Positions 1 through 11,727 of a DNA stretch of 64,000 nucleotides are shown here, in pieces. Both the position numbers and the translations under genes were made by a program. The stretch comes from Alphaproteobacteria bacterium. Lineage in GTDB: Bacteria; Pseudomonadota; Alphaproteobacteria; CAAHEQ01; UBA3637. Every line of letters begins with the position of its first letter. Within the stretch, counting starts at the first letter, position 1. Location: assembly GCA_045611705.1 (NCBI GenBank), contig JAZKXR010000007.1, positions 2,241 through 66,240 of the forward strand, given 5' to 3'. The notes beneath the pieces are model-generated. The model did not search any database, had not been told where the DNA came from, and worked only from the letters and a program-made list of their open reading frames with translations.

Positions 1-2
1 AA

Positions 3-1646
3 AGTTGTTGTAAAAACGAAAATGTTTATAATGATCCGAATACCAATGAAAAAAAATGTTGTGGTATAGGGCATCATCTATCGGAATATGTTGATATAAA
101 TAAGAACAGAAAAAAACAATGTTGTCCGAATGGGCAAGATGCTAGTTCTTATGGGAATTGTTGCAATACATCTGATTTAGAGTTAAACTGGCGTATAGAA
201 AAAAAATACTGTAAATATTTTTTAGATGCAGGAGATATCAATAATAACATTTGTCCCATACCTGTTCCAGATAGTAATGGTAGAAAAAGATGTCTGACTG
301 GTGCGAATAAAACTATATTTGAAGAAACTGGTGTTGTTTTGGGATGTTCAAATGAAGTCCCCGTTAATTGTCCTTCTAATCAAGTTGTTGTTGAACCACT
401 CAGTTCATCCGAATGTTTCTGTGGCTGTTATAATAATGATCATTGCTTTGATTCGAACCGTGTTGGAATTAAACAACGCTGTCAGGCAGATTATACATGT
501 GCTGTTCCAAAAAAACTCACATATAATAATATAACAGTTGTTTATGATAAATTTTCCGGCGGTGAAATAACTGAAGAAAAAATGAAAAAAATCCTAGAAG
601 CTCTTAAAGAAAAATTAGCGTTAACAGCAGAAGATAGTGTAACCATTCATTTTAAAGCATGGCAGGGAGATTCAAGAATGCTTGGTGCTGGCGGATATTG
701 CTATGGTGGTGATCATAAAAATATACATATTAATGCGGCATTGTGTGATGTGGCAAGTGATGGTAAAACCTTAACCTGTGAAGGAACAATTCTTCATGAA
801 AATATTCATCGTATTGATAGGGTAAACGAACCTTTATGGGGACACTTTGAATCTGGTTTGTCTCGAGCATATGAATCTCTTATCACTGAAACACATGCCC
901 AGGGTTTTGGTACTGTCAGCTATATAAATAATGCTCTAAAATTTTGTTATAAAAATTTAAATGGTAATGTATATAGTATAATGAGTACACAAATAAATGC
1001 AACAGAAGAAGAAAAAAATGACTGTAGGATCTTTACCAATAAGATAAATTCATATGGGAAAAGTGTTGATCATTATGTTAATCTTGGAAATGCCAAACTA
1101 TATTTTTCTAACCCAAAATATTTTGATCCAGAAAATTGTTCAGGTTTAAGGGCTATAATTGAAAAGGAATTTTTGAATTCAGGATATGCGAAGAGGGGCT
1201 ATATTGAAGATAAAATAAAAACATATGAAGAAATGGATGATGATTGGGATTATTTCCGTGACAAACTAGAAATTGCAAAAAGACTGGATAGGTTGGGCTA
1301 TAGACATTCAGGAACAAAAAAAACGTTGACTGAATTGTTGATTGATCTGTATAATAAAGGTTCAAAAGTATGTATCTCGGGGCATGATTTTGTTAACCAT
1401 CCCCAAATCAATATTGAAATATTAAAATCAAGGTTTTCTGAATTTGCAGAAATGAATGATTTTACAGTTGCTAATCAAAAATGTGTTTCGTGTTGGTCTG
1501 GCAAAGGAGCATTGGTATCTGAACAATGTTTTGAATGTCAAAAAAAATTAGAGTGTATAACGGACGAATTTAATACAAATTGTACGCCGATAGATTTCTT
1601 TAATAAATATATTGGAACAAGTGCTGTATCTCAGTTGTTTTACTAG
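3..1646 (+). CDS. Cys-rich secreted protein, 5' end truncated by the window edge; C-terminal domain carries an HExxH (HENIH) Zn-metallopeptidase-like motif
   Basis: Frame 3 is open from nt 3 with no stop before 1646. Repeated CC/CxC motifs (CCGIGHH, CCPNGQ, CCNTSD) and LHENIHRIDRVNE...E(+18) are consistent with gluzincin-type spacing. Confidence 0.55.
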   Translation, partial: SCCKNENVYNDPNTNEKKCCGIGHHLSEYVDINKNRKKQCCPNGQDASSYGNCCNTSDLELNWRIEKKYCKYFLDAGDINNNICPIPVPDSNGRKRCLTGANKTIFEETGVVLGCSNEVPVNCPSNQVVVEPLSSSECFCGCYNNDHCFDSNRVGIKQRCQADYTCAVPKKLTYNNITVVYDKFSGGEITEEKMKKILEALKEKLALTAEDSVTIHFKAWQGDSRMLGAGGYCYGGDHKNIHINAALCDVASDGKTLTCEGTILHENIHRIDRVNEPLWGHFESGLSRAYESLITETHAQGFGTVSYINNALKFCYKNLNGNVYSIMSTQINATEEEKNDCRIFTNKINSYGKSVDHYVNLGNAKLYFSNPKYFDPENCSGLRAIIEKEFLNSGYAKRGYIEDKIKTYEEMDDDWDYFRDKLEIAKRLDRLGYRHSGTKKTLTELLIDLYNKGSKVCISGHDFVNHPQINIEILKSRFSEFAEMNDFTVANQKCVSCWSGKGALVSEQCFECQKKLECITDEFNTNCTPIDFFNKYIGTSAVSQLFY

Positions 1647-1655
1647 GAGGATAAA

Positions 1656-1868
1656 ATGAAAATAACAAAAAAAACGCTTTTAAAAACGTTGTTTATTTCG
1701 GCTTTGTCGGGAATTTCTGTTTTGGGTGGATGCCAAAAAAATCACCATGATGATGTTCCGCAAAAAGGGGGGGAACGTCTTTCCGCAGAAGAATTGAGGA
1801 AGATGGCTGAAGAAATTCGAAAATGGGAATCAAGAAATGTACAATATAATACCAAACAAAGGGATTAA
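1656..1868 (+). CDS. small lipoprotein (signal peptide with lipobox LGGC)
   Basis: Strong RBS AGGAGG 7 nt upstream; N-terminus MKITKKTLLKTLFISALSGISVLGGC. Confidence 0.5.
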   Translation: MKITKKTLLKTLFISALSGISVLGGCQKNHHDDVPQKGGERLSAEELRKMAEEIRKWESRNVQYNTKQRD

Positions 1869-1870
1869 AT

Positions 1871-2845
1871 ATGAAAACATCATCACGTATTGGTTTGTTG
1901 GCATTTGTTTCATCATTGGGATTAAGTTTATCGGCGTGGGCGGCATGGCAATGTTGTTCATTGGATTCGGTGGCATTGTGTGGAGATGTGTGTTGTAAAA
2001 CTGAATGTGCCAGTGATGGTACCTGTCCCGATGATTCTTGTCCATCGGGCCAAGAAAAAGTATCCAATGGTGAATGCTGTGATTCCAATAAGGTTGCCGA
2101 ATCCGGAAGTACAAAAACCTGTTGCGGTTCAAATGAAACAGTTGTTGGTGATCAATGCTGTGCTTCCGATAAAGTGGCCGGCTCTGATTCTTCCCAAACC
2201 TGTTGCGGTGAGGACGAAACAGTGGTTGATGATCAATGCTGTGCCTCCGATAAGGTTGCAGGCTCTGGCGATTCCCAAACCTGCTGTGGTGAGGACGAAA
2301 CAGTGGTTGATGGCAAATGTCAAAAAGAAGATAATGAAGATGAGGACGAAGAAGATAATGTTTGTCCCGATGGGGGAACATTGGTTAAAGGAAATTGTTG
2401 TAGAGATGGTTTTCTTTATGATGATGAGAGCTATGGTTATGTTATACAAAGCTATAGTTCTTGTGGTGTTTGCCCAGAGGGTTCGTCACTTCTTTTTGAC
2501 AGGTTCTGTTGCAAAGGACTGAAAGCTTGGAATGGAACAGAATGGAAAGAAGACACTAATGTTTGGGCGAATTGTTTCTGTGCGGGAAGAGAAGGATCAG
2601 TTGTTTATGATAGCAAATCAGGGGTATGTATGCAATGTTTATCCAATAAACCCTCGTGTACTTTTTCGGGGACTGTTCTTTCTGCCAGTAGTAATTGCAG
2701 TGCAGATGCACCTGCTGGTCTTTTGGAGGAATGTTGTAATCAGGTAGGGGGAATCATGTGTCATGGTAAGTGTTTGACGGAAGGCCGTCATGTGTGCTGT
2801 GATAAAGAACCTTATGTTAGATCGGCATCATTAGGATGTGATTAA
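1871..2845 (+). CDS. Cys-rich secreted repeat protein (Sec signal peptide, CC-motif tandem repeats)
   Basis: Signal peptide ...SLSAWA followed by three 27-aa tandem repeats DQCCASDKVAGSxxSQTCCGEDETVVD. Shares the CC-pair style of the upstream ORF. Confidence 0.6.
   Translation: MKTSSRIGLLAFVSSLGLSLSAWAAWQCCSLDSVALCGDVCCKTECASDGTCPDDSCPSGQEKVSNGECCDSNKVAESGSTKTCCGSNETVVGDQCCASDKVAGSDSSQTCCGEDETVVDDQCCASDKVAGSGDSQTCCGEDETVVDGKCQKEDNEDEDEEDNVCPDGGTLVKGNCCRDGFLYDDESYGYVIQSYSSCGVCPEGSSLLFDRFCCKGLKAWNGTEWKEDTNVWANCFCAGREGSVVYDSKSGVCMQCLSNKPSCTFSGTVLSASSNCSADAPAGLLEECCNQVGGIMCHGKCLTEGRHVCCDKEPYVRSASLGCD
2069..2311 (+). repeat. three tandem 81-nt coding repeats inside the Cys-rich gene
   Basis: Near-identical 81-nt units begin at about 2069, 2150 and 2231. 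Confidence 0.6.
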
Positions 2846-2865
2846 TAAATGAATAACAGTGAAAA

Positions 2866-2899
2866 ATGCCCCTTGAATAAAAGGGGCGTTTTTATTTTT
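2866..2899 (+). terminator. rho-independent terminator after the Cys-rich operon
   Basis: GCCCCTT-loop-AAGGGGC hairpin followed by a T-run. Confidence 0.6.
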
Positions 2900-3139
2900 C
2901 CACGAATTTGATGGTCTTTTTTTATTAAATTGTCTTGGCGGGATATGTGTTTTTTGGGCGTGCGGATGACGAAAATGCGATATAATATAGCTATAACAAA
3001 CGGAAAAAGAAAAGATTTTTATACGTCTTGGTATATTGAATTAAATGGGAATGCCTTGCCCGCTCCATACAGGAGTATGAGAGATGTACTTGATGCAGCT
3101 AAAGAATAAAAAAAAGCCCTGTAAATCAAGGCATAAAAA

Positions 3140-3215
3140 TGGTGCCGACACTCGGATTCGAACCAAGGACCTACTGATTACAAATCAGTTGCTCTACCAG
3201 CTGAGCTATGTCGGC
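3140..3215 (-). tRNA. tRNA-Thr (anticodon UGU)
   Basis: Reverse complement folds as a cloverleaf: acceptor GCCGACA/TGTCGGC, D arm GCTC-AGCTGGTA-GAGC, anticodon loop TTTGTAA, T-loop TTCGAAT, encoded CCA. Confidence 0.85.
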
Positions 3216-3268
3216 ACGGTAGGGATTATATCCGATTTTTATTTAAAATGCAATCTTTTTTTAAAAAA

Positions 3269-3547
3269 TTATGCGTTTTTATTTTTATCCCAGTTTAAAT
3301 CAATGATTTTATTGATTTCCACACGCTTTAAACGATTGGTGTGACCGGCGGTGATTTGAATCATTTTTTTGGGGATTTTTAATTCATCCGATAAAAAATC
3401 AATCAAGGCTTGATTGGCCCGACCATCCACCGCCCGCTCTTTGACGGCAATTTTCCAATGGGTGTTATTCCATAATCCTTCCACGCCACAACGTTTGGCT
3501 CCGGGGCTCAGACGAATTTGTAAAACTGTTTTTTGGGTCATTTTCAT
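3269..3547 (-). CDS. DUF167/YggU-family protein
   Basis: Motifs DGRANQALIDFLS and GHTNRLKRV are typical of UPF0235. Confidence 0.65.
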   Translation of the reverse strand: MKMTQKTVLQIRLSPGAKRCGVEGLWNNTHWKIAVKERAVDGRANQALIDFLSDELKIPKKMIQITAGHTNRLKRVEINKIIDLNWDKNKNA

Positions 3548-3550
3548 CCT

Positions 3551-5503
3551 TTAAAAAAAGCTGTAAGGGTCAATGTCAATACGTACATCCACAGACGGTG
3601 GAATGACAGCACCATCCATCCACAAATGCAAATAGTTTTGAATATTGGTTTGCTTGTTGGTTTTGACCAATAAACGATAGCGATATTTACCCCGTAATTT
3701 TGAAATGGGTGCCACCACAGGACCCAAAACTTCTACACCGTCTTGTTGGGGGGCATGACGCACGATTTTTTGAACGGTTTGATAGGTTAGGGTTTGATTT
3801 TTTCCGCTGATAATCAAGCTGGCCAATTTTCCAAACGGTGGCATTTTCAGGATTTTTCGGCTGATCATTTCTTCGTTTAAAAAGGTGGAACGGTCGTTTT
3901 TTTGCAAGGCCTGAATAATTAAATTATCGGGATTATAGGATTGCAAAATAGCCAAGCCCTTTTTGCTGGCCCGTCCGGCACGCCCCATCACCTGTTGAAT
4001 CAATTGAAAAGTTCTTTCGCCCGCCCGTAAATCACCGCCGGCCAATCCCATATCGGCATCAATCACGCCCACCAAAGTTAAATTGGCAAAGTGATGTCCT
4101 TTGGCCAAAATCTGAGTCCCGATTAAAATGTCAATTTCACCATCATCCATCTGTTTGATAATGGCTTCAAAATCTTTGGGATTTTTTAATGTTTCGGATG
4201 TAATTTGGGCAATTTTTGCATCAGGGAATAAAGAAATGGCTTCTTCGGCCACACGTTCCACCCCCGGACCACAGGCAACCAGATTTTCCGCCTGACAAAC
4301 GGGGCATTTTTTCGGCACGGGCAAATGATAACCGCAATGATGACATTGCAGGTTTTTATCACCCTTATGTGTCACCAACCATGCCGAACAATGCGGACAT
4401 TGTAAACGGTGTCCACAGTTGCGACACAACATTAAAGGTGCATAACCACGGCGGTTTAAAAACAATAAAGATTGTTCTTTTTTATCCAGTTTTTCTTTTA
4501 ATGCATCTTGTAAATCTTTTGATATAAATTGAATGGGGCCTTTTTCCTTTTGACGCATATCCGTAATTTGAATATCGGGCAGGCACGCCCCCGCAAAACG
4601 TTCAGGTAAAACCAAGTGTAAATAATCGCCCTGATGGGTGTGAACATAGGTTTCCAAGCTGGGGGTCGCACTGGCCAAAATCAAAGGGCAATCGGCAATT
4701 TTTGCCCGCACAACGGCCATATCCCGTGCATGATATAAAACGCCTTCTTCTTGTTTAAAGGATGGATCATGTTCTTCGTCCACGATAATTAAACCCAAAT
4801 CTGAAAAAGGTAGAAATAAAGCCGAACGGGCACCAACTACGACACGGGCTGAACCGTTTCTGACGGCTTCCCAAGTATCTCGTCTTTGTTTTGGGGTGAG
4901 TGATGAATGCCACAGGGCCGGTTTTTCGCCAAAGCGTTTTTCAAAACGATTTAACCAAGCGGCCGTTAGGATGATTTCGGGCAAAAGTACCAAAATCTGT
5001 TGATTTGTTTTTTCCAAAACATCAGCGGTTTTTTCAAAGTAAACTTCTGTTTTACCCGATCCTGTTACGCCATCCAACAGAGCAACCTGAAAATTTTGCA
5101 TTTGACATAATTGACGCACGACTTTTTCCTGAGACGGTGAAAATTGAATTTGGTCATGATGCGGGTTAGGTGGCATAAAGATTAAAGGCTTTTTGCTAAT
5201 CTTTCCCATTTCGGGATTTAATGCCATTTTTAAAACAGCCCCAACGGGCGTTAAGGTATAACCGGCTACCCAGTTGATAAAACGTATGGTTTGTTTGTTT
5301 AAGGGTGGTTCAGGCAAAACAGCATCAATTTTTTTTAATTTATCTTCGGGATAAGAATCATCCGGTTTTTTATCCCATACAACGCCCACCAATTTTTTGC
5401 GTCCGAATTGGGCGGATACAAAAGTCCCCGGTACCAGATTTTCATCCGATAAATAATCATAAGCCCCTAATGCCACGGGAAATAAAACAGACAGGCGTTG
5501 CAT
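3551..5503 (-). CDS. priA: primosomal protein N' (PriA helicase)
   Basis: DEEHD box, Walker A GVTGSGKTEVY, Cys-rich zinc ribbon CRNCGHRLQCPHC. Start taken at MQRLSVLFP. Confidence 0.9.
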   Translation of the reverse strand: MQRLSVLFPVALGAYDYLSDENLVPGTFVSAQFGRKKLVGVVWDKKPDDSYPEDKLKKIDAVLPEPPLNKQTIRFINWVAGYTLTPVGAVLKMALNPEMGKISKKPLIFMPPNPHHDQIQFSPSQEKVVRQLCQMQNFQVALLDGVTGSGKTEVYFEKTADVLEKTNQQILVLLPEIILTAAWLNRFEKRFGEKPALWHSSLTPKQRRDTWEAVRNGSARVVVGARSALFLPFSDLGLIIVDEEHDPSFKQEEGVLYHARDMAVVRAKIADCPLILASATPSLETYVHTHQGDYLHLVLPERFAGACLPDIQITDMRQKEKGPIQFISKDLQDALKEKLDKKEQSLLFLNRRGYAPLMLCRNCGHRLQCPHCSAWLVTHKGDKNLQCHHCGYHLPVPKKCPVCQAENLVACGPGVERVAEEAISLFPDAKIAQITSETLKNPKDFEAIIKQMDDGEIDILIGTQILAKGHHFANLTLVGVIDADMGLAGGDLRAGERTFQLIQQVMGRAGRASKKGLAILQSYNPDNLIIQALQKNDRSTFLNEEMISRKILKMPPFGKLASLIISGKNQTLTYQTVQKIVRHAPQQDGVEVLGPVVAPISKLRGKYRYRLLVKTNKQTNIQNYLHLWMDGAVIPPSVDVRIDIDPYSFF

Positions 5504-5548
5504 TTTTTTTAATTTTCCTTTAAACTGATTTTGTAAAGGATACACGAA

Positions 5549-6496
5549 ATGACGACACAATTCAACCCTTTAAGTGAAACAACCGATAAAAATGTCCGAA
5601 AAATATTGAGCAATTGGTGCGAATATTTATCCGTTCAACGCAATTTATCGGACAAAACCGTTTCATCCTATATGGAAGATATGAAAGGGTTTTGTGATTT
5701 TTTATTTACATCTTTTTCGCAAGCGGTTGATGAAAAATTATTACGGGATTTAACCATAACGGATTTTCGTTCTTTTTTGGCTTGGCGTCATCAAAATCAG
5801 GCGGATCGTACAACGGTGGCCCGTGGTGTATCGGCGTTGAAAAACTTTTTTAAATATTTGATGCGTCAAAACATATTAAAAAATACAGCCATTATGTCGG
5901 TCAGGTCTGCCCGACCGCATCATCATTTGCCACATCCGATAACTTCCAATCAGGCTGAGGATTTTTTGAAAACGGCTTTTGAATTACATAAATATCCATG
6001 GTCAGGCTGGCGTGATAAAGCATTGTTTACGTTGATGTACGGTTGCGGTTTGCGTATTGCCGAGGCACTTTCTTTAAATGTGAAGGACGTTGTTCCGATG
6101 CCTGAGGTTTTGTGTATTCGGGGAAAAGGGAATAAGGAACGATTGGTACCCGTTTTACCAAGGGTTCAAAAAACATTACAGACGTATTTGGATCATCATC
6201 CTTATCCACGACCGGATTATCCGCTGTTTGTGGGGTTTCACGGTGACAGAATCAATCCCGGTGTGGTGCAAAGAACCGTGCGTAAAATTCGTGAAAAGTT
6301 ATCTTTGCCCGAAACGACTACACCGCATGCCCTGCGTCACAGCTTTGCCACACATTTATTAGAAAACGGTGGGGATTTAAAAAGCATTCAGGAATTGTTG
6401 GGGCATAAAACTTTATCGGCCACCCAAAGATACACGCAAATTACCACACGGGATATGCAACGGGTTTATCAAAAATCCCATCCACGAGCTGGTTAA
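5549..6496 (+). CDS. tyrosine site-specific recombinase, XerC/XerD family
   Basis: C-terminal catalytic motifs ALRHSFATHLLENGGDLKSIQELLGHKTLSATQRYTQI. Confidence 0.8.
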   Translation: MTTQFNPLSETTDKNVRKILSNWCEYLSVQRNLSDKTVSSYMEDMKGFCDFLFTSFSQAVDEKLLRDLTITDFRSFLAWRHQNQADRTTVARGVSALKNFFKYLMRQNILKNTAIMSVRSARPHHHLPHPITSNQAEDFLKTAFELHKYPWSGWRDKALFTLMYGCGLRIAEALSLNVKDVVPMPEVLCIRGKGNKERLVPVLPRVQKTLQTYLDHHPYPRPDYPLFVGFHGDRINPGVVQRTVRKIREKLSLPETTTPHALRHSFATHLLENGGDLKSIQELLGHKTLSATQRYTQITTRDMQRVYQKSHPRAG

Positions 6497-6891
6497 TCAA
6501 ACATATCTTCGTATTCTTTTGTTTGATTGGGGTCGTTAAAGCCTTCATAAAAATCATCCAATAATAAACTTTGTGTTTTTTTCACTTTGAATTGGCAATT
6601 ATTGCCTGACCATTCCCAATCTATGACACGATCATTTTGAACAAAGACACGCAAATTGCAGTTTTTGACGATTTTGTCCACACGACCAGCCACAATATCT
6701 TGGTTATCAAAAGTATAAACTATAACGTCATAGGCAAATCTTTCGGCTTTTGTCGGAACCCCAAAGTTATCCTGTAATTCGGCCACTGTTTGACCGTAAA
6801 AGATTTGGGAACGTGAAATTTCGGGCTGAATTATAAAAGATCTGGCACAACCCGTCAGGATTAATAAAACGCATACAGCCCATTTTTTCAT
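6493..6891 (-). CDS. lipoprotein, function unknown
   Basis: Lipobox LTGC after an N-terminal hydrophobic segment. Confidence 0.45.
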   Translation of the reverse strand: MKKWAVCVLLILTGCARSFIIQPEISRSQIFYGQTVAELQDNFGVPTKAERFAYDVIVYTFDNQDIVAGRVDKIVKNCNLRVFVQNDRVIDWEWSGNNCQFKVKKTQSLLLDDFYEGFNDPNQTKEYEDMFD

Positions 6892-9563
6892 TCCATATTT
6901 TCCATTCTAAATAATTGATTCTGTTCTTTTTGAATTTCGGTTGGTACAGGCAAATTCTGACTTTCCAAAAACAACGGATTTTTCAATTGGATCAGATTTG
7001 GGCCATATGATTTTTTAATGTTGTTTGGTAATAACCATCCGTCCAACGTAACATCCAATTCATTATTGGTATTTAAAATCAATTGTCCTGAACGTACTGT
7101 ATAAGCTGTTGAATTTGCATCAAACAGGTTTTGAATAGCCTCTTCATCGGATTGTTTTTGCCAGGTTGTGTTGGAAAGTTTTAATGTCAAGTTGCCAAAA
7201 TCAAAGCCATTATTTGAAACAAATACAGGAATATTTAACGAAGACCGACCACCGTTAACGGATATGCCAGGCAATTGCAAATAATCATTTAATTCTTCGG
7301 CATCAAACATTCCCGCTGTTTTTAATGATAAAAGCTCATTTGGATTTTTCAACGGAATCAAAGTGCTGGACATCATAACGTCTTGGCCGGCAATTTGTGC
7401 ATTCAGATTGGCCAATCGTATGGATTGATTATTGATTTGGAATTGTACGTCTAAATTAGAAATCGGCACCAATGTTTGAATTTTTTGAATAAATAAGTTT
7501 TGATTATTGATTGTTATCAAAGGCAATAATGATTTTAGCTTTAATACACTGTTAATGCCGGATACGTTGATATTGTTAAAATCAAATGCAACATCTTTTA
7601 ACGCAATATACATTGGTCCCATTATGTTAACATCAGACATATTCAATTGTCCATATGCCATAAATTGTCCGTCAACATTTGAAAGATTGGATGAAAAAAT
7701 TTCAGATAATTGAGATAATTCAAATGGTATTTCGCTTAAATCAAATGCTGGAATAATGAATTTTCCCGAAAAATAAGATTTTAAAGGATTAAAGAGACCA
7801 TACGCCTTAAATGTAATGGGTGTATCCAAAACGGAACCGGTTATGGATGTTTGTTCACCTATGTTTAAAATATCTAATTTAACAGGTTTTGATAACAAAG
7901 GTGATGATGTTTGAAGCCGATTGGCAGTCAATTGAATTTTGGCTGTTGGATTAAAATAATTTTCAACCAAAAGATCCATTTTATTTATTGTCAAGCCTGA
8001 TGTTTGATAATCTCCCTTTTTTATATCCAATCTTAAAAAGTTATCACTTCTGTCTTGGCCCAAAAAGATAAGCAAATCTAAAACATCGGCATTAAAGGAT
8101 AATTTTTCCTGATTACTTCCGATAAAGCCATTCAATTTAGGTGACTTAATCGGTAATTCAAGTTGCATATATGGATTTTTAAATTGTAAAGAGATATTTT
8201 TTTTCTTAGTCGGTTGTAATTCAAACGAAGTTGATTTTGAAAAGGTCAGGTGTTGATTTTTTATATCAAAAGAAAATGAATTAACATTTATGGTGCTTTC
8301 TTTTTGTATAGCATAATCACATTTTTTCTGTTTTAAAGAACAAGTAAATTTACCGTTCAGACTTGATTGTAAACCGTCAATGCGAACGCTTTGATTGTCA
8401 AAATGTTTCAATTTTAATTGCAATGGTGAATTTGAAATCAATTCGCCATCAGAAGTCAATTCCAATTCTTTAAAATTCAAAGATAAATCAGTTGTCGGTG
8501 TTGCATTTTTGGAATTTGATTCGGTAAAAATAAAACTTCCGTTAAATTTGTTTTGACCTTTGTTTTTCAGATCAATTTGAATTTTCTTTGTTGAGTTAGA
8601 CCGATTTAAATCAGCATCCATTAAAATACTTTTCAGGGTGTCTTGCTGCATCTGTATAACGATACTGCCTTCTAATTTTTCGGTTAACCGTTGTGGCAAA
8701 GTTATTTCACCGGCATTTGTTGTTTTTATTTCAATTTTTCGTTCTTGATGATTGCCTGTTATTTGTAACAGACCATCCAAAGTTAAAAAATCTTCATTGA
8801 TTGAAAAGGGGATAACAACCTGATTTTCATGCATATATGTGCCAGACAGAGAAAACGCAACGGATACATTTTGTTCTTTTCCTTGAATATTCAGAGCGGC
8901 ATTATTGACATGAACAATATTGATGTTTAAATCGTCTTCTTCTTTGTTGGGTGAACTTAATTTTTGTAACAATCCAAAAACCATTTTTGTTCCGACCAAA
9001 TCATTATTTGTTTTATTATTCAAATTAATTCTTAATCCATTGATTTCCAACATACGGATTCTGTTTTGCAACAGATCGGTAAAAGTTGAATGAATAATAA
9101 CGGATGGAATGTTATAATTACCATCAATGTCTTTCAGATTTGTAATATTGATTTGCGAAAATGAATAATCGGGCATTTCCAAAGAATCATATTGAATGTT
9201 GTTTTTTTCCATATACTCTTTCAAATGGCTTGGCAATTGTGCAAAAGAGAACACACACAAACACAGTGTAATAATACCAGACAGATACAAAACACTGATT
9301 ACACCGGCCCAAATTGAATGTAAAAAGATGAACAATCTTTCATTACTTCTGCGGAAAGCATCAATATGAAAGGTGATTTTCATCAATATGGCCATCAACG
9401 ATATGATGTGGGATTGCTTTTTTGGGGAAACGGTTACAATTTCTTCATCTTCGGCTGTAATTTGAGCATACAATTCGCCCTGATTTGCATTCATGCGTGG
9501 CCCGTCTATTGATGGTCTAGGTGTGTTTTGATTAAAATCAGCCATATTATTCCCCTTTTTCAA
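6888..9563 (-). CDS. large N/S-rich membrane-anchored protein (possibly AsmA-like)
   Basis: 891-aa ORF with an N-terminal TM segment and a long beta-rich body; no catalytic motif recognised. Confidence 0.35.
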   Translation of the reverse strand: MKKGNNMADFNQNTPRPSIDGPRMNANQGELYAQITAEDEEIVTVSPKKQSHIISLMAILMKITFHIDAFRRSNERLFIFLHSIWAGVISVLYLSGIITLCLCVFSFAQLPSHLKEYMEKNNIQYDSLEMPDYSFSQINITNLKDIDGNYNIPSVIIHSTFTDLLQNRIRMLEINGLRINLNNKTNNDLVGTKMVFGLLQKLSSPNKEEDDLNINIVHVNNAALNIQGKEQNVSVAFSLSGTYMHENQVVIPFSINEDFLTLDGLLQITGNHQERKIEIKTTNAGEITLPQRLTEKLEGSIVIQMQQDTLKSILMDADLNRSNSTKKIQIDLKNKGQNKFNGSFIFTESNSKNATPTTDLSLNFKELELTSDGELISNSPLQLKLKHFDNQSVRIDGLQSSLNGKFTCSLKQKKCDYAIQKESTINVNSFSFDIKNQHLTFSKSTSFELQPTKKKNISLQFKNPYMQLELPIKSPKLNGFIGSNQEKLSFNADVLDLLIFLGQDRSDNFLRLDIKKGDYQTSGLTINKMDLLVENYFNPTAKIQLTANRLQTSSPLLSKPVKLDILNIGEQTSITGSVLDTPITFKAYGLFNPLKSYFSGKFIIPAFDLSEIPFELSQLSEIFSSNLSNVDGQFMAYGQLNMSDVNIMGPMYIALKDVAFDFNNINVSGINSVLKLKSLLPLITINNQNLFIQKIQTLVPISNLDVQFQINNQSIRLANLNAQIAGQDVMMSSTLIPLKNPNELLSLKTAGMFDAEELNDYLQLPGISVNGGRSSLNIPVFVSNNGFDFGNLTLKLSNTTWQKQSDEEAIQNLFDANSTAYTVRSGQLILNTNNELDVTLDGWLLPNNIKKSYGPNLIQLKNPLFLESQNLPVPTEIQKEQNQLFRMENME

Positions 9564-9575
9564 GGTATGATAACC

Positions 9576-11657
<2,082 letters not shown>

Positions 11658-11727
11658 TTAAAAAGCAAGAGATATTTGTGTTTTTTTGCTGTTATGCCTT
11701 GTCTGGTGGAGATTTGTTTTGCTTTAC

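Noticed and set aside
1830-2449. Minus-strand ORFs of 183 aa and 106 aa, and the +2-frame 180-aa ORF, overlapping the Cys-rich gene
   Set aside because: These are alternative-frame translations of the tandem-repeat region (repetitive HQPLFRPH / TALI motifs). They arise from repeat periodicity and are not independent genes.
5549-6496. Tyrosine recombinase as the integrase of the T7-like module
   Set aside because: It is a XerC/XerD-type chromosomal recombinase about 15 kb from the phage block, separated by housekeeping genes (ligA, priA). No integrase is present inside or flanking the module.
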